64,000 nucleotides of DNA from Hemiscyllium ocellatum (Eukaryota). Location of the stretch: positions 20,232,341 to 20,296,340 of the forward strand of contig NC_083409.1 of assembly GCF_020745735.1 (NCBI RefSeq). Reading direction: 5' to 3'. Below the pieces are notes generated by a model. The model was not told where the DNA came from, made no database searches, and worked only from the letters and a program-made list of their open reading frames with translations. Positions 49,030 through 61,845 of this stretch are shown piece by piece. Positions within the stretch are counted from its first letter, which is position 1, and each line of letters begins with the position of its first letter. The position numbers and the translations under genes were made by a program.

Positions 49030-52000
49030 GATGATGGCTTCTGCAGTTGAATGCTGAAAATGTGTTGCTGGAAAAGCGCAGCAGGTCAGGCAGCATCCAA
49101 GGAACAGGAAATTCGACGTTTCGGGCATAAGCCCTTCATCAGGCTTATGCCCGAAACGTCGACATTCCCGTTCCTTGGATGCTGCCTGACCTGCTGCGCT
49201 TTTCCAGCAACACATTTTCAGCTCTGATCTCCAGCATCTGCAGACCTCACTTTCTCCTTGTCCTGCTGACAGCCTGCAGCTTTCTCCACACAGCATGGGG
49301 AAGTGAGGGGGTAGGATGTATTTTTGGGGTCCATAGAACTATCCCACAGCAGGAAGTGTCTCTCAGGAGGGGAGAGGGTCCTGAGCTCCATTTCCCAGCC
49401 CAGGCAGTTTGTCTCCCAGTGAATGAATGTGATGCCAATTTGGAGCCCAGGTTAGGGGCAGTCTCTGCTGTGGATCCAGGTCCAAAAGAGGCAATTGGAA
49501 ATTAAGCTGGAAAGGAAAGATTTGCTGGGTTATAGGGAGAGAGAGGGACAGTGGGACTAATTGGGTCACTCACAGGCACGATGAACTGAATGGCCACCTC
49601 CTGTGCTGTCAGATTACAGTGAGTGCAGACAGTTCAGTTTTCTCACGTCTCCGTAGCAAACGTCCAGCTCCTTATTCAGTCTGCTCCTCCCCACCACTGA
49701 TCAAGCCATGTTACCTCCTGTCACACTGAGTGACATTGCAATCAATATCACAAGTGTCAGTGCCAGCAAATAACAGCATCACAGTCTGACACACTGGGAT
49801 GAGCATCACTGCCTGACATCAAAGAATGGAGCTGGAATCCCCTTCCCCCGATGCTCACAAATCCTACAGCATCAAAAATATTCTGGCACTCAACCCCTTC
49901 TGTTAAACACTCACCTTTCCAATTAAAAGGGATTAGATATCTTTAACTAACCTTGTTTCGTTTTTGAAAGACATCACTAATGTGGGAGATAAGGGAATCT
50001 TGATGGATGTTGCTCATATGAACTTCCAGAAAACATTTGAGAACATTACAATTAGGAATGATAACATTATTTTGGGAACAAATAGATAGCAGAATTAATA
50101 AATACAGAGTCATAGAGACAGACCCTTTGGTCCAACCTGTCCATACCGACCAGATATCCCAACCCAATCTAGTCCCACCTGCAAGCACCTGGCCCATATG
50201 CTTCCAAACCATTCATCCAGATGCCTTTTAAATGTTGCGATTGTACTAGCCTTTACCACTGCCTCTGGCAGCTCATTCCATACATGTACCACTTTCTGCT
50301 TGTAAAGGTTGCCCTTAGGTCCCTTTATACCTTTCTCCTCTCACCCTAAACCTATGCCTCTAGCTCTGGACTCCTCCACCCCAGGGGAAAAAAACTTAGT
50401 CAGTTTATCCAATCCATGCTCGTCATGATTTTATAAACCTCTATAAGTTCACCCCTCGACCTCCGCCGCTCCAGAGAAAACAGCCCCAACATATTCAACC
50501 TCCCTGTAGCTCAAATCCTCTATCCTTGTAAATGTTTTCTGAACCATTTAAAGTTGCACAACATCCTTCTGATAGGAAGGAGACCAGAATTGCACACAGC
50601 ATTCCAAAAATGGCCTAACCAATGTCCTGTGCAGCTGCAACATGATCTCCCAACTCCTGTACTCAATACTCTGACTAATAAAGGAAAGCATACCTAATGC
50701 CTCCTTCACTATTCTATCTAGCCTGCGACTCCACTTTCAAGGAGCTAAACCTGCACTCCAAGGTCTCTTTGTTCAGCAACACTCCCTAAGACCTTACTAT
50801 TAAGTATTCTGGATCTTTGTATAGAAAGGAAGATTCAAATACACTCCAATCATTTTGGGTTCATGAGGTCTAGAATGAGGGAGGAACTTGAGAAAATCAG
50901 TTTTGAGTGAAGTTGTTTTGGGGAAATTATATAAATCCACAGGGAAGAATAATCTACATCCCAGAGTACTTCAGAAGGTGCCAGAAAATTTTGGTGGTCA
51001 TCTTCCAAGATTCTATTGGTTTTGGAACACTTAAAACAGAGTGAAGAGTTACTAACGTAACATCACCATTTAAAAAGAGAGGGAAAGAGATAACTGGGAA
51101 TTTTATATCAGTCAGCCTGACCCTGTTATTGGGCAAAATACGTGAGTCCATGATCAAAGATTCAATAGCTGACTCCATGGAAAACGATGAGAGGATTAGA
51201 CAGTGTCAGCATGGACTGTCAAAAGGGAAATCTTGCATAACAAATCGACTGGAAATGTTTGAGGATGTGATGAATGGATTTGCTAAGGGGGAGCCAGTGG
51301 ATGTAACTTATTTGGACTTTCAAAAGGCTTTTGATAAATCCCACAGAAAAGATTAGCAAATAAAAGTAAGGAACATGGGATTGGAGGCAGTGCACTGACA
51401 TGGATAGGAAACTGGTTGGCAGATAGAAAATAAAGAGTAGGAATAAATGGGCCTTTTTCTGAAAAGGTATCATGACTGAGGTGGTTCTGAGGAGACTACA
51501 GAAACAGGGAGGGTGGAGGACAGAGAGCATGCTTAAGAACAAGGATCAGAGTTTGAATATTGAAGTATTGCTGACCGGAGGTCAATGTCAGTCAGTGAGC
51601 ACAGGGAAAATCGGGGAATGGGACTTGGTGCAACTTCAGATACACTCAGCAGAGTTTGGGATGAGCTGACATTTATGGAGGGGATTGGCTGTGATGTGGG
51701 CCAGGTTAACATTGGAATGATCATGTTTCAAGTTCCAAAGACATGACGAGGTTTTCAGTGGCTTATCTTTGTGATGTGGGCCACAGATCAACCTCAAAGA
51801 TGAGGCCAAAGTTGTAAAGACATGGCTGAGCAGTAGGCATTGCTCAGGGAGAGGGATAGAGTTTGTATCAGGAGCTGAAGAGGATGGGTGTGACCTTCCG
51901 AATATGTTTCCCAGTGAGCCTGGCTCCTCAGTCCTGACTGCTCTTAGCTGCTGTGATTGTCACTGATTGGACACTTCTTATTAGAGATTCTGACCACAGC

Positions 52001-52545
52001 AGAAAGCCCCAGTGTAAAAAATAACTGCAAAGACTGTCAGATCGCAAGGTTGAAACTTCATCAAGAGAGATAGTGAAAGAAGGAGCTCAAAGCAGCTGGA
52101 TGTTTGTTACTGAGACGGGAGAAATCTGTGAACTATCTGTACTCCCTGGAATCTTACAGCACAGGAGGAGGTCATTCAGCCCATCGAGCCTGTGAGTGAC
52201 CCAATTAGTCCCACTGCTGCTCGCTTTCCCCATAACTCAGCAAATCTTTCCTTTTCAGATCGATCTCCAATTGCCTCCTGTAGACTTGGGTCCACAGCAG
52301 AGACTGCCCCGAACCTGGGCTCCAAATTGGCATCTCATTCATTGTTGGGAGACAACCTGCCTGTGCTGGGAAATGGGGCTCAGGGCTCTGAACACTCCTT
52401 CTCCCCTCCTGAGGGACACTTATACTAGGGGACAGCTCTGTGAGCACAAACAGTACATTCTGACCTCGTCAACTTTCCCGTTCAATATGTGGAAGGCTGG
52501 ACCATGTCAGCAGGGCATTCAATGACAGGAGCCATCATCACTCTG
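49030..52545. repeat. Inverted duplication: arms 49030-49615 (with Penelope insert) and 52152-52545
   Basis: CCTGCTGACA, CCAATTTGGAGCCCAGGTT, GGGGCAGTCTCTGCTGTGGA and GTGGGACTAATTGGGTCACTCACAGG all occur as reverse complements in the right arm. The spacer is LINE debris. Confidence 0.85.
49054..49258. mobile_element. Palindromic Penelope mini-element with an intact hammerhead core on the minus strand
   Basis: Minus 49111-49143 reads C-CUGAUGA-A-GGGC-UUAU-GCCC-GAAA-CGUC/GAAU. Absent from the paralogous inverted arm. No long TSD seen. Confidence 0.85.
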
Positions 52546-54090
52546 TAAAATCTGTCCCAATGTTCTAAAACATGCTTCATGGCGCAAGTCAGGAGTGTAG
52601 TGGAATATTCCCCACTTGCCTGGTTGCTACAACACTAACAACACTTATGAAGCTTAATCCAGGACAAAGCAGCCTGCTTGATTGGCACCACATGTACAAA
52701 CATCTACTCCCTCCACCACTGATGCTCAGTCGCAACACTGTTTCATATCTACAAGACACATTGTGCAAATTCATCAAAGTTCCGCAGACAGCACCTTACA
52801 AACCCATGACCACTTCCATCTAGAAGGTCAAGGGCAACAGATGCATGGGAGCACCACCCCTTGCAAATTCTATCCTGACTTGGATACATGTTGTTCCTTC
52901 ACTGTGGCTTGGTCAAAATCCTGGAAATCCCTCCTTAAGGGCATTGTGGATCTCCCCACAGCACATGGATTGCGTCAGTTCAAGGAGGCAGCTCATCACC
53001 ACTTTCTCAAGGGTAACTAAGGATAAGCAATAAAGACTGGCTCAGACATTGACACCCACATACTGTGAATGAATTTAAATAATTTATTAAAACACAGCAG
53101 CATGATTAGGAAATGGAGTTCAGGGTTTCCCTGCCACCCTGAGATCCATGTTTTCCAGTGTATGTTGGATGTTCATTGAGAAGGAGATCCATATTTACCA
53201 GTCTGTATTGGAGGGTCACATGGGAAGGAGATCCAGATTTACTGGTCATTATTGTAGAATTTAGAAAAGCATGGCCTTATCAAGGACAGTATTTGGAAAA
53301 GCATGGACTAATTAGGGGGAGTCAGCGTGGCTTTGTGCAGGGCACATCATGTCTTACTATGTTGGTTGCATTTTTCAAGGAGGTGACAAAGGTGATCGAT
53401 GAGGGTACAGCAGTGAATATTGATGACATGGACTTAGTAAGGCTTTCAACAAGGTACCTCATTGTAAACTCCTCCAGAAAATTAAGATGCGTGGGATCCA
53501 TGGTGACTTAGCCAAGTGGATTCAAAATTGGCTTGCCCATAGAAAGCAGAGGGTAGTGGTTGAAGGGTATTTTTCTGGCTGGAGGTCTATGACTAGTAGT
53601 GTCCCACAGAGATATGTAGTGGAACCTCTGCTGTTTGTGATACATATACATGATTTAGAAGGAAATGTAGATCAGTGGGTGAGTATGTTTGCAGATGACA
53701 CACAGATTAATGGAGTTTTGGATAGTGTAGAAAGCTATCAAAGGATACAGTGAGATATCGACCAGTTGCAGATGGTAGATGGAGTTTAATCCAGGTAAGT
53801 ATGAGATGTCGCACTTTGGGAGATTAAATGTTCAAGAAAATAATAGTTAATGGCAGGACCCTGAACAACACTGAAGTACAGAGAAATGTTCAAGTCCATA
53901 GCTCCCTGAAAGTAGACACGCAGGTAGATAAGGTGGTAAAGAAGACATATGGCATTGTTGATTTCATTGGTCAGGGAATTGAGTGGTGGAGGCAGATATT
54001 ATAGCAGCATTGAAGGGACTTTTAGAAAAGCACATGAATATGCAAGGAATGGAAGGATAGGGAGAGGGATTAGTTTAATTTGGTGCCATG
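49960..54090. mobile_element. CR1/L2-group LINE fragments
   Basis: CR1 3' end on minus at 50110-50810; RT pieces YLDFQKAFDK (50920-51480) and SVPQRYVVEPLLF...FADDT (53240-54090); LINE 3' end at 52560-53080. Confidence 0.8.
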
Positions 54091-54872
54091 TTCTAAAAAC
54101 ATCTATAATCCAAGAGTAGCTCAGTGGTGAGCAAATATTGTTTCGGTCTGTTATCGTAGTCAAATTAAAATTAAAGCACAATATATTTCTGATATTCTTG
54201 CATTACTTTGGTATAACATTATAACAACCCTGCAGTGCACATAGAAGCCATTCAGCCCATTGACACTGCAGAAAGGGTCATAACAGAAAAGAATTGTTCA
54301 TATGAATTGGACAGAGATTGGTGTGCTTAGAAATGCTGACTTTGTGGATGACCTTTTACTAGGTTATGTAATTCCAGTCAATATTTACAAGGTTATATGA
54401 AAACCGTCAGCCGATTGTTTCAAAAGCGAGTGAAATAAATTCTTACCTACTGTTGCAGTGTTGTAGTTTGTGAATGTGGATTAATTTTGCATCTGTCACT
54501 GATTATGTTTGAGACACATTCTGAACCTGTTAATTCTGATTATTGTATGTGAGTGTGAACACATTACCAGTGCAACCAAAGGTGTATTGACTTTTCTGGC
54601 AAAGTAAACATTTTGTCATATTCAGATGTACGTTTCATTTTGTTACACTTTGAAAGATGGGTTACATTTTTGTGTTTGTGGAATGAGTGCATCACTTCCC
54701 CAGCACACTCATATTGCCCATATGAGGTGGAGGGGTGGGAGGGGGCGGCGTTGGGGGGAGAGGAATATTTTCGGCATTGGTGTTGGTGTTGTCATTACCC
54801 TGCTGTCCTTGCTTTTCCCAATGGCAGATGGGATTGAAAGGTGCTGTTAGAGGAGGTTTGGTGAGTTAAAAC

Positions 54873-55940
54873 AAGGAACTGGGGGTGGGGGACAGTGGGG
54901 AGCTGGGAATGGGCTTCATGGGGGCCGGGGAAAAGGATTCACAGGGAGCTGGGGCTGTGGTTGAGTGGAAAATAGGGGTGGGGTTGGCAGGGCGCTGGCG
55001 ATAGGGTTCACAGGGAGTTGGGGGTGGGGATAGCAGAGAACCAGGGATGGGGGTTCATGGGTAGTTGGGTGTGGGGATTGTGGGGAGCTGGGTGTGGGGA
55101 TCTGGGAGTGGGAATTACGCGGAGCTGGGAGTGGGGACCATGGACTGGGACTGGGGTTCATGAGTAGCTTGGTGTGGGGATCATGTGGGGGCGGGATGCT
55201 GGGACTGGGGTTCATGGGGGACGATGAATGGGTTACAGCGAGCTGGTGTGGGATTCGTGGGTACTGGGAAAGAGGTTCACAGGGAGCTGGGGCTGTGGTT
55301 CAGAGGAAGCTGTGGATGAGGTTCACCGTGAGCTGTGGCTGGGGATCATAGCGAGCTGGAAATGGGGTTCACATGGAGCTGGGGGTGGGGATAGCAGAGA
55401 ACTGGTGATCGGATTCATGGGGAGCTGGATGTAGGAATCGTGAGGCGTTGGGTGTGGAGATTGTGGGGAGCTGGGGGTGGGTTCATGGGAACAGGCAGTG
55501 GGGATCACGCGGAGCTGTGAGTGGGGTTCATGGATAGCTGGGTGTGAGGATCGTGGGGAGCTAGCAGTGGGGTTCATGGGTAGCTGGGTTTGGGGATTGT
55601 GGGGACCTGGGAGTAGAGGGTAGCTGGGTTTAGAGATCACAGAGTTGGGAATGGGGTTCATGGGGAGCTCTGTGTGGGGAGCTGGGAATGGGGATCACGC
55701 GGAGTCTGGTGTGAGGATCGTGGGGAACTGGCAGTGGAGTTCATGGATAGCTCTGTGTGGGGAGCTGGGATTGGTGTTCATGGGTAGATGGGTTAGGGGT
55801 CGTGGGGAGCTGGGTGTGTGGTTAATGGGTAGCTGGGTGTGGGGATCATGGGGAGCTGGGAGTGGGGATCACGCAGAATTGGGAGTGGGGATTGTGGGGA
55901 GCTGGCAGTGGGGTTCATGAGTAGCTGGGTGTGGGGATCG
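54873..55940 (+). repeat. G-rich degenerate minisatellite (22-23-nt subunits rich in AGCT and GGGG)
   Basis: Alternating GGGGAGCTGGGAGTGGGGTTCA and TGGGTAGCTGGGTGTGGGGATCG-like units; strongly G-skewed + strand. Confidence 0.9.
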
Positions 55941-56359
55941 AAGATGAATTTTTCCAAAGAGCAAATCACAGTCTCATGACCTCTCGGAATTAGTTAAAGA
56001 AAACGGTGATGTTGTTTCAGCTGTAAGTTCAGAAGCCTTCAAACCAACTTGGCCACAAGAAGGCAACACAAATAGTGTGATAATGAGCAAAGATTGCTGC
56101 GCGATGGATAAATATAAGCCCACGGGTAAAAAGGAGCACTCCTCAACACTCCTTCTATTTTGAACTTGGGAGATATTCCAACACATGAGTTTTAAAAATA
56201 AAGAGAAACGTAACAAGAGACAGTTAATCAGAAAGCTTCCCACTGTGATCTGGAGTCAGGCCGGGCTGCTCACTCTCTCCTGCCTTGTTTGTGTGTTGCG
56301 TAGAGCTTTTTGCTGAGTCCTTCAGGAAGAACGCGAGCCTGAGAGGGTTGACTATTCCA

Positions 56360-56660
56360 GGCAGTGCAGGTGGCTGAGTGGTTAGCACTGCTGCCTCACA
56401 GCGTCAGGGTCCCAGGTTCGATTCCTGTGTCGTGCGACTGGCTGTGTGGTGTTTGCACATTCTCCCCGTGTCTGCGTGGATTCCCTGCGGGTGCTCCGGT
56501 TTCCTCCCACAGTCCAAAGATGTGCAGGTCAGGTGAATTGGCCATGTTAAATTTCCCATAGTGCTTGGTGCATCTATCAGAGGGAAATTGGTCTGTGTGG
56601 GTTATCCTTTGGAGGGTTGGTTGGGCCGATAGGCCTGTTTCCACACTAGGGAATCTAATG
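56360..56660 (+). mobile_element. HE1-like SINE, older copy
   Basis: GTGGTTAGCACTGCTGCCTCACAGCG...GGTTCGATTCC...GGCCTGTTTCCACACT. Confidence 0.88.
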
Positions 56661-56689
56661 CTACAGGTCAAAGCCTCCCTGTTATGCAT

Positions 56690-58110
56690 AATGTCACCAT
56701 GTTCTACTCAGATCTGCCATCAGTCCACAAGCCCACGAACATTGCCAAAGTGAAGCAGAAACAGCGAACACTGCTCCCTCTCCACTGAGGATAAAAACCA
56801 AGTCATCAGGTGTGAAGTATTCTCTGTGTTGCACATTTTGCAAGTCTGGCTCATTCCCTGAAACTGCAGTCACCTCATCCATCTTCCATTTCATTTGGAG
56901 GTCTAAGATGGACTGTGTCCTCAGGGATACCATGTACATAATTCTGGATAAGATGGGGAAAATGTACCCAGTTCTGCCTACATCCCAAGGGCCACCTTTG
57001 TATGCAGCTGCATCATGCTGCACATGGACCCTCACTTTGTAAACACCAAGTGTCGCTACATACTGAGGTTCTACCTCTCAATGGTGTTTCAAAGAATGGG
57101 ACTGATCTCATTGCTGCAAGGTGCTCCAACTAGTTGGACTGTACTGTATCACTCGTCTTTCATGGAGAAATTTGCAAAGAAAGCCACCTTTGACCACAAG
57201 TCCATCAGGAAGTGGTCAGCACATAGTGTCTTTGAGACCCTGTGGTAATTGGTAAGAGTGAATCCTGCCATGCGGTTCCCTGAGCCGACTGTCAGTCATT
57301 TGGCAGAATGCCTCATCACCAGAGCTTTCCAACAAGGACCAAGACATCACTTGGCTGATGGTGACAAGAATACTACCTGTGAGTTTCTTCCTGTACACCC
57401 AGTCCGTCTCTGCCATTGCATGTTGACCTTGAAGCAGCTGTGGGGGGATGAGACAGTCACACATCTCGTGCTGGAATGTGCCTTTCCAATGGAAGTGTGA
57501 AGAAAGATGCATAGTTTTTTGTCAAGGTTCATCCCAAGCAGCTCCATGATGCAGGACTCTGTGCTCTATGATCTGTTCCTGGGAGCACACTGAGACACAC
57601 AACGACTGCGCCTGAATGATCAGTGAAAGACATGACATGGAGATGCTGGTGTTGGACTGGGCTGGACAAAGTCAAAAGCAGGGTTTATTTGAAATCAAGT
57701 GTTTGGAGCAGTGCTCCTTCATCAGATGAAGTGAAAGAAGCTCTTTGGTATGCCTAAAACTTGTTGGACTTTAAGAACAAGGAATTGCGTCCGACCAAAA
57801 GGTGCATGCTAGCAGTTTCTGAGGTCTAGAACTGCTTGCTGAGGCATACAGTAAAGCCTGGAACAGCTGCTGCCAAGGCACAGTGGGGAAAGACGTCCTT
57901 CTGCTGAAGTTAAGTTGGGGTCCGTTTAGTTATTGCACCTTCCCAGTGCGTCAAATGCATGTTAATATAGTCTTCTCCAATAAAAAATGCCTTTAGTTTG
58001 TTTGTAGAGAATTGAATTCCAATGTCTTTTGCTTTATATGCTACTGCATTTGTGAATGTGTATGCAAACAAGGTTTTTATGAATAAAGTATATTTTTAAA
58101 ATGTCAAAAG
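56690..58110 (+). mobile_element. Tx1-clade LINE ORF2 3' part
   Basis: WQNASSPELSNKDQDITWL...GDETVTHLVLEC (C-terminal zinc-binding region), followed by an AT-rich 3' UTR with AATAAA. Confidence 0.7.
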
Positions 58111-59209
58111 TGATATTTGTTAAAAATGATTTGGCGTGAGATGGCAGCGATTTCCCTTTACATGGTGAGGTGTTGTCAGCTGGAATCTTCTACCTAATGG
58201 GACAATAGCAGATACACTCATCACATTGCTTTCAAGTGCAGAAGGAGAGTGGAGTGTGCATAAATAACACAAAGATGTTTGGACGTGGGGGGGCGGGGAG
58301 AAAGGGGGGAGACAGTGCTAAGGTGGATTTTTTAAATTGTCAGTGCTTTGGAAGAGCATGCAACCAGTTCATGTTGCTATCGTCCCAGTCCTCAGAGAAT
58401 GATCATCACTTTTAATAAAGTAGAGGATTCCTTCCAACCTTCCTCAGTTGATTAGTTGCACAAGTTATTTTCCCTGTTGACAATGGAATACAGGTTTATT
58501 CCTTGATGACAGCTTCTATTGATGTATGCTCATCAACTGCCCATTTAACTAATGTGAACATTACTCAGTGATTGCCGTGTGCAATTAATTATTAACTTGG
58601 AAATAATTCCAGACTTTATATAAGAAGCAGCCATACACCTGTGATCTCATTGTACTTCGGAGGACCACATTGAAAGGTGTGGAAGTGACTTATCTCCAAT
58701 CGTAATTGAAAGGAACATTGAACACCACATAACTTGACATTCGCAAGTGTATTGGGTGCTGGTGATATAGCAGTAACATCATTGAGCCAGTCATCCGAAA
58801 TCTATGCTTTGATTTTAAGAAACTACCTTAATGGCAACATCTTCCCTGTGGTAGATTGAATCAAACTTACTGTTCATAATCTTCTTTGCCAGTAGCATGA
58901 CTCGCTCTGGAGCAGAACGCATAAGCATTATCTCCATCATGTTGACAGGACTGTGGTCTTTTCGGATGGGACACCTTAACCTTTCCTTGACTCCATGTAG
59001 AGTGAATGGAATTGGCTAAAGTCTGATATCTCTGATATCCAGGACCACTGGAGGAGACAAGATGCACCATCCACCTGGCTGAAAATGAGTATGAATGTTT
59101 AAAATGTGTCCTTTGCACTGGGTGTTGATCTCCTCGCTGTTGAGAAGTGTGGAAAATTATGGAGCAGTGTAATTGCCTACTGCCAGAGTGTGCGCAGAAT
59201 CATAGGTGT

Positions 59210-60070
59210 ATATAGCATGTAAGCAGACCCTTTGGTCCAACTTGTCCATGCCGACAAGTTAACCGAGATTAGCCTAGTCTCATTTGCCAGTATTTGGCTC
59301 ATATCCCTCTAAACCCTTCCTATTCATATCCCTATTCAGATGCTGTTTAAATGTAATTGTACCAGCCTCCACCCCTGCCTCTGGCAGCTTATTCCATACA
59401 CGCACCACCCTCTGCAAGAAAATATTGCCCCTTATATCCACTAGAAATCTTTCCCCTCAACCTAAAACATATGCCCTCTAGTTTTGGACTCCCCTCACCT
59501 GAGCTATTCGCCTTAAGCATGCCCATCATGATTGGTCACCCCTCAGCCTCCGATGCTCCAAGGAAAATAAAACTCAGCCTATTCAGTTGTTCCTTATAGT
59601 TCCAACCTCCAATGCTGGCAATATCCTTTTAACTCTTTCCTGCGCTTTTTTTATGTTGAACAAAGTCTTTCCTATAGCAGAGAGACCAAAATTAAATGCA
59701 GTTTTCTAAAAGTGGCCTTACCAAATTTCGATACAACCTCAACGTGGCATTCCAACTCCGAAACTGAATCCAATGACAAAAGAAGGCAAGTGTGCTAAAT
59801 GCCTTCTTTGCTTTCCTGTCTACCTGTGATTCCACTTCAGGGAATGATGAACCTGCACTCCAAGGTCACATTGTTCAGCAGCACCACCCATGACCTACCA
59901 TTAAGTGTATAAGTCCCTGTCCGATTTGTCTTTCCAAAATGCAACACCTCACATTTATCTAAATTAAACTCATCTGCCATTCTTTGACCAATCTGATCAA
60001 AGTCCCATTGTACTCTGAGATAACCTTCTTCACTGTCCACTATACTATCAACTCTGGTGTCATCTGCAAA
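59210..60070 (-). mobile_element. CR1 3' part
   Basis: Minus: DSEEGYLRVQWD...DKCEVLHFGK, plus the CR1 tail. Confidence 0.85.
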
Positions 60071-60467
60071 CCATTTGAAATCTGTTGAAGAGCTAATCTT
60101 CTATCGGTGGGTTTGAGCAGTTCTTGCTGCTATGTAGCTACATATACTGCTGGGCAGGCACTTTGCCCTGTTGGATCATTGTCGGGTTACTCTCTCATTT
60201 ACACGTGAGCCTCCTGCTGTTTCTGCTCTGCCATCCAGCATGCTGCATTGATTCAGCATTGATCTGCTGACTTGGTGCTCATATTAGAATGTGGAATATG
60301 TCATGATATGGATTTACAAGTGGTGATTGTGTAGGATTCTGCTTCTACTAATGTCCTACACTGCTCACATAATCTTTACAGAATCTGCCATATTCAGCTC
60401 TTTGGTGTGAAATGTTCAGATTCTTCCTTCAACCTTATCAGATTCTTCAGATGCTAAATGGATAGCT

Positions 60468-61845
60468 CATCAGGCTAAATGTTCAGATTCTTCCTACAAC
60501 CTTATCTCCTTAAGTCTTCCGCACAGCCAACCAGCTTACTGATACACCAACCATCCACCAACCTGCTTGATGAACTCCATCCACTTCCTTGATTCCCAAT
60601 TCAACTCACCCACCTCACAGATCATCTCCACATTCCCATCATTATCACTTGCACACACAATCACCCAACTGCTTACACATTCACCAAGTAGTCACACACC
60701 ACACTGCAGAAAATCCTCAACATTGCGTTTGGATGGATTTTGAGAGGATTTGTAGCTCAGGTTGAGGTCCTGGATATACATTTTCTCACTGAGTTGGAAG
60801 GTTCGTTTTCAGACCTTTTGTCACCATACTAGGTAATATCATTAGTGAGCCTCTGGTGAAACACTGGTGGTATGGCCCGCTTTTTATTTGTTTCAGTTTC
60901 CTTGGGCTGGTGATGTTATTTCTTGTGGTGATATCAATTCCTGTGGTAATGTCATTTCCACTTTCTCAGGGGTTGGTAAATGGAATCCAAATCAATGTGT
61001 TTGTTGGTAGAGTTCCAGTTGGATTGCCATGCTTCCAGGAATTCTCACTCGTGCCTTTGTTTGACTTGTCCTAGGATGGATGTGTTGTCCCATTCGAAGT
61101 CCTTCTTCATCTGTATGTAAAGGTACTAGTGAGATGGATATTTTTCTTCTGGGATTAAACAATGCTTCACATCGGTCTCAGTAATCCAATCAAGGAACAC
61201 AGCATTATTTGGCAGAGGAAACTCTCAGCCAAGCCATAAAGCATGTTTCTGATGGACGTCCAAATAATCAAATCAGCTCACCTTATAATGATACACTCTA
61301 TTTGGAACTCGGCATGACCCAGGATATCCAAAATATTTGACCATGATATAGGAGACCACACTTCCAAATTCAACAACTGCCTGGTGCTATGGATGTCAAT
61401 ACACTGCTAATTTTCCAGGATAAGAAATTATTCCTTGTTCTCACATGGCTCAGCAGATCTGAGATCCTCACACTTGATCCACTTATTGAACAGATCCTTG
61501 TGGCCCCAGACTTATATCCGAATACCTCACTTCCAGTGGCCATCTGACCAGACCACAGGACCTGATCTTCTCGGCTCCTAACTTCTGAACTAATACAAAT
61601 TTTGAACTAAGATTCATTCATCAGGCTAAATGTTCAGATTCTTCCTACAACCTTATCTCCTTAAGTCTTCCACACAGCAAACCAGCTTACTGATACACCA
61701 ACCATCCACCAAACTGCTTGATGGACTCCATCCACTTCCTTGATTCCCAATTCAACTCACACACCTCACAGACCCTCTTCACATTCCCATCATTATCACT
61801 TGCACACACAATCACTCAACAGCTTACACATTCACCAAGTAGTCT
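60468..61845 (+). repeat. ~226-bp direct repeat (60468-60693 and 61619-61845)
   Basis: CATCAGGCTAAATGTTCAGATTCTTCCTACAACC...CACATTCACCAAGTAGTC is present twice at >90% identity by eye. A third partial copy lies at ~60411. Confidence 0.9.
60730..61140 (-). mobile_element. Penelope GIY-YIG 3' fragment (same family as 17073-17896)
   Basis: Minus: EWDNTSILGQVKQRHE*EFLEAWQSNWNSTNKHIDLDSI, plus a decayed hammerhead-like terminus. Confidence 0.8.

Noticed and set aside
54916-55920. Gly/Trp- and Pro/His-rich ORFs
   Set aside because: Artefacts of the G-rich minisatellite.
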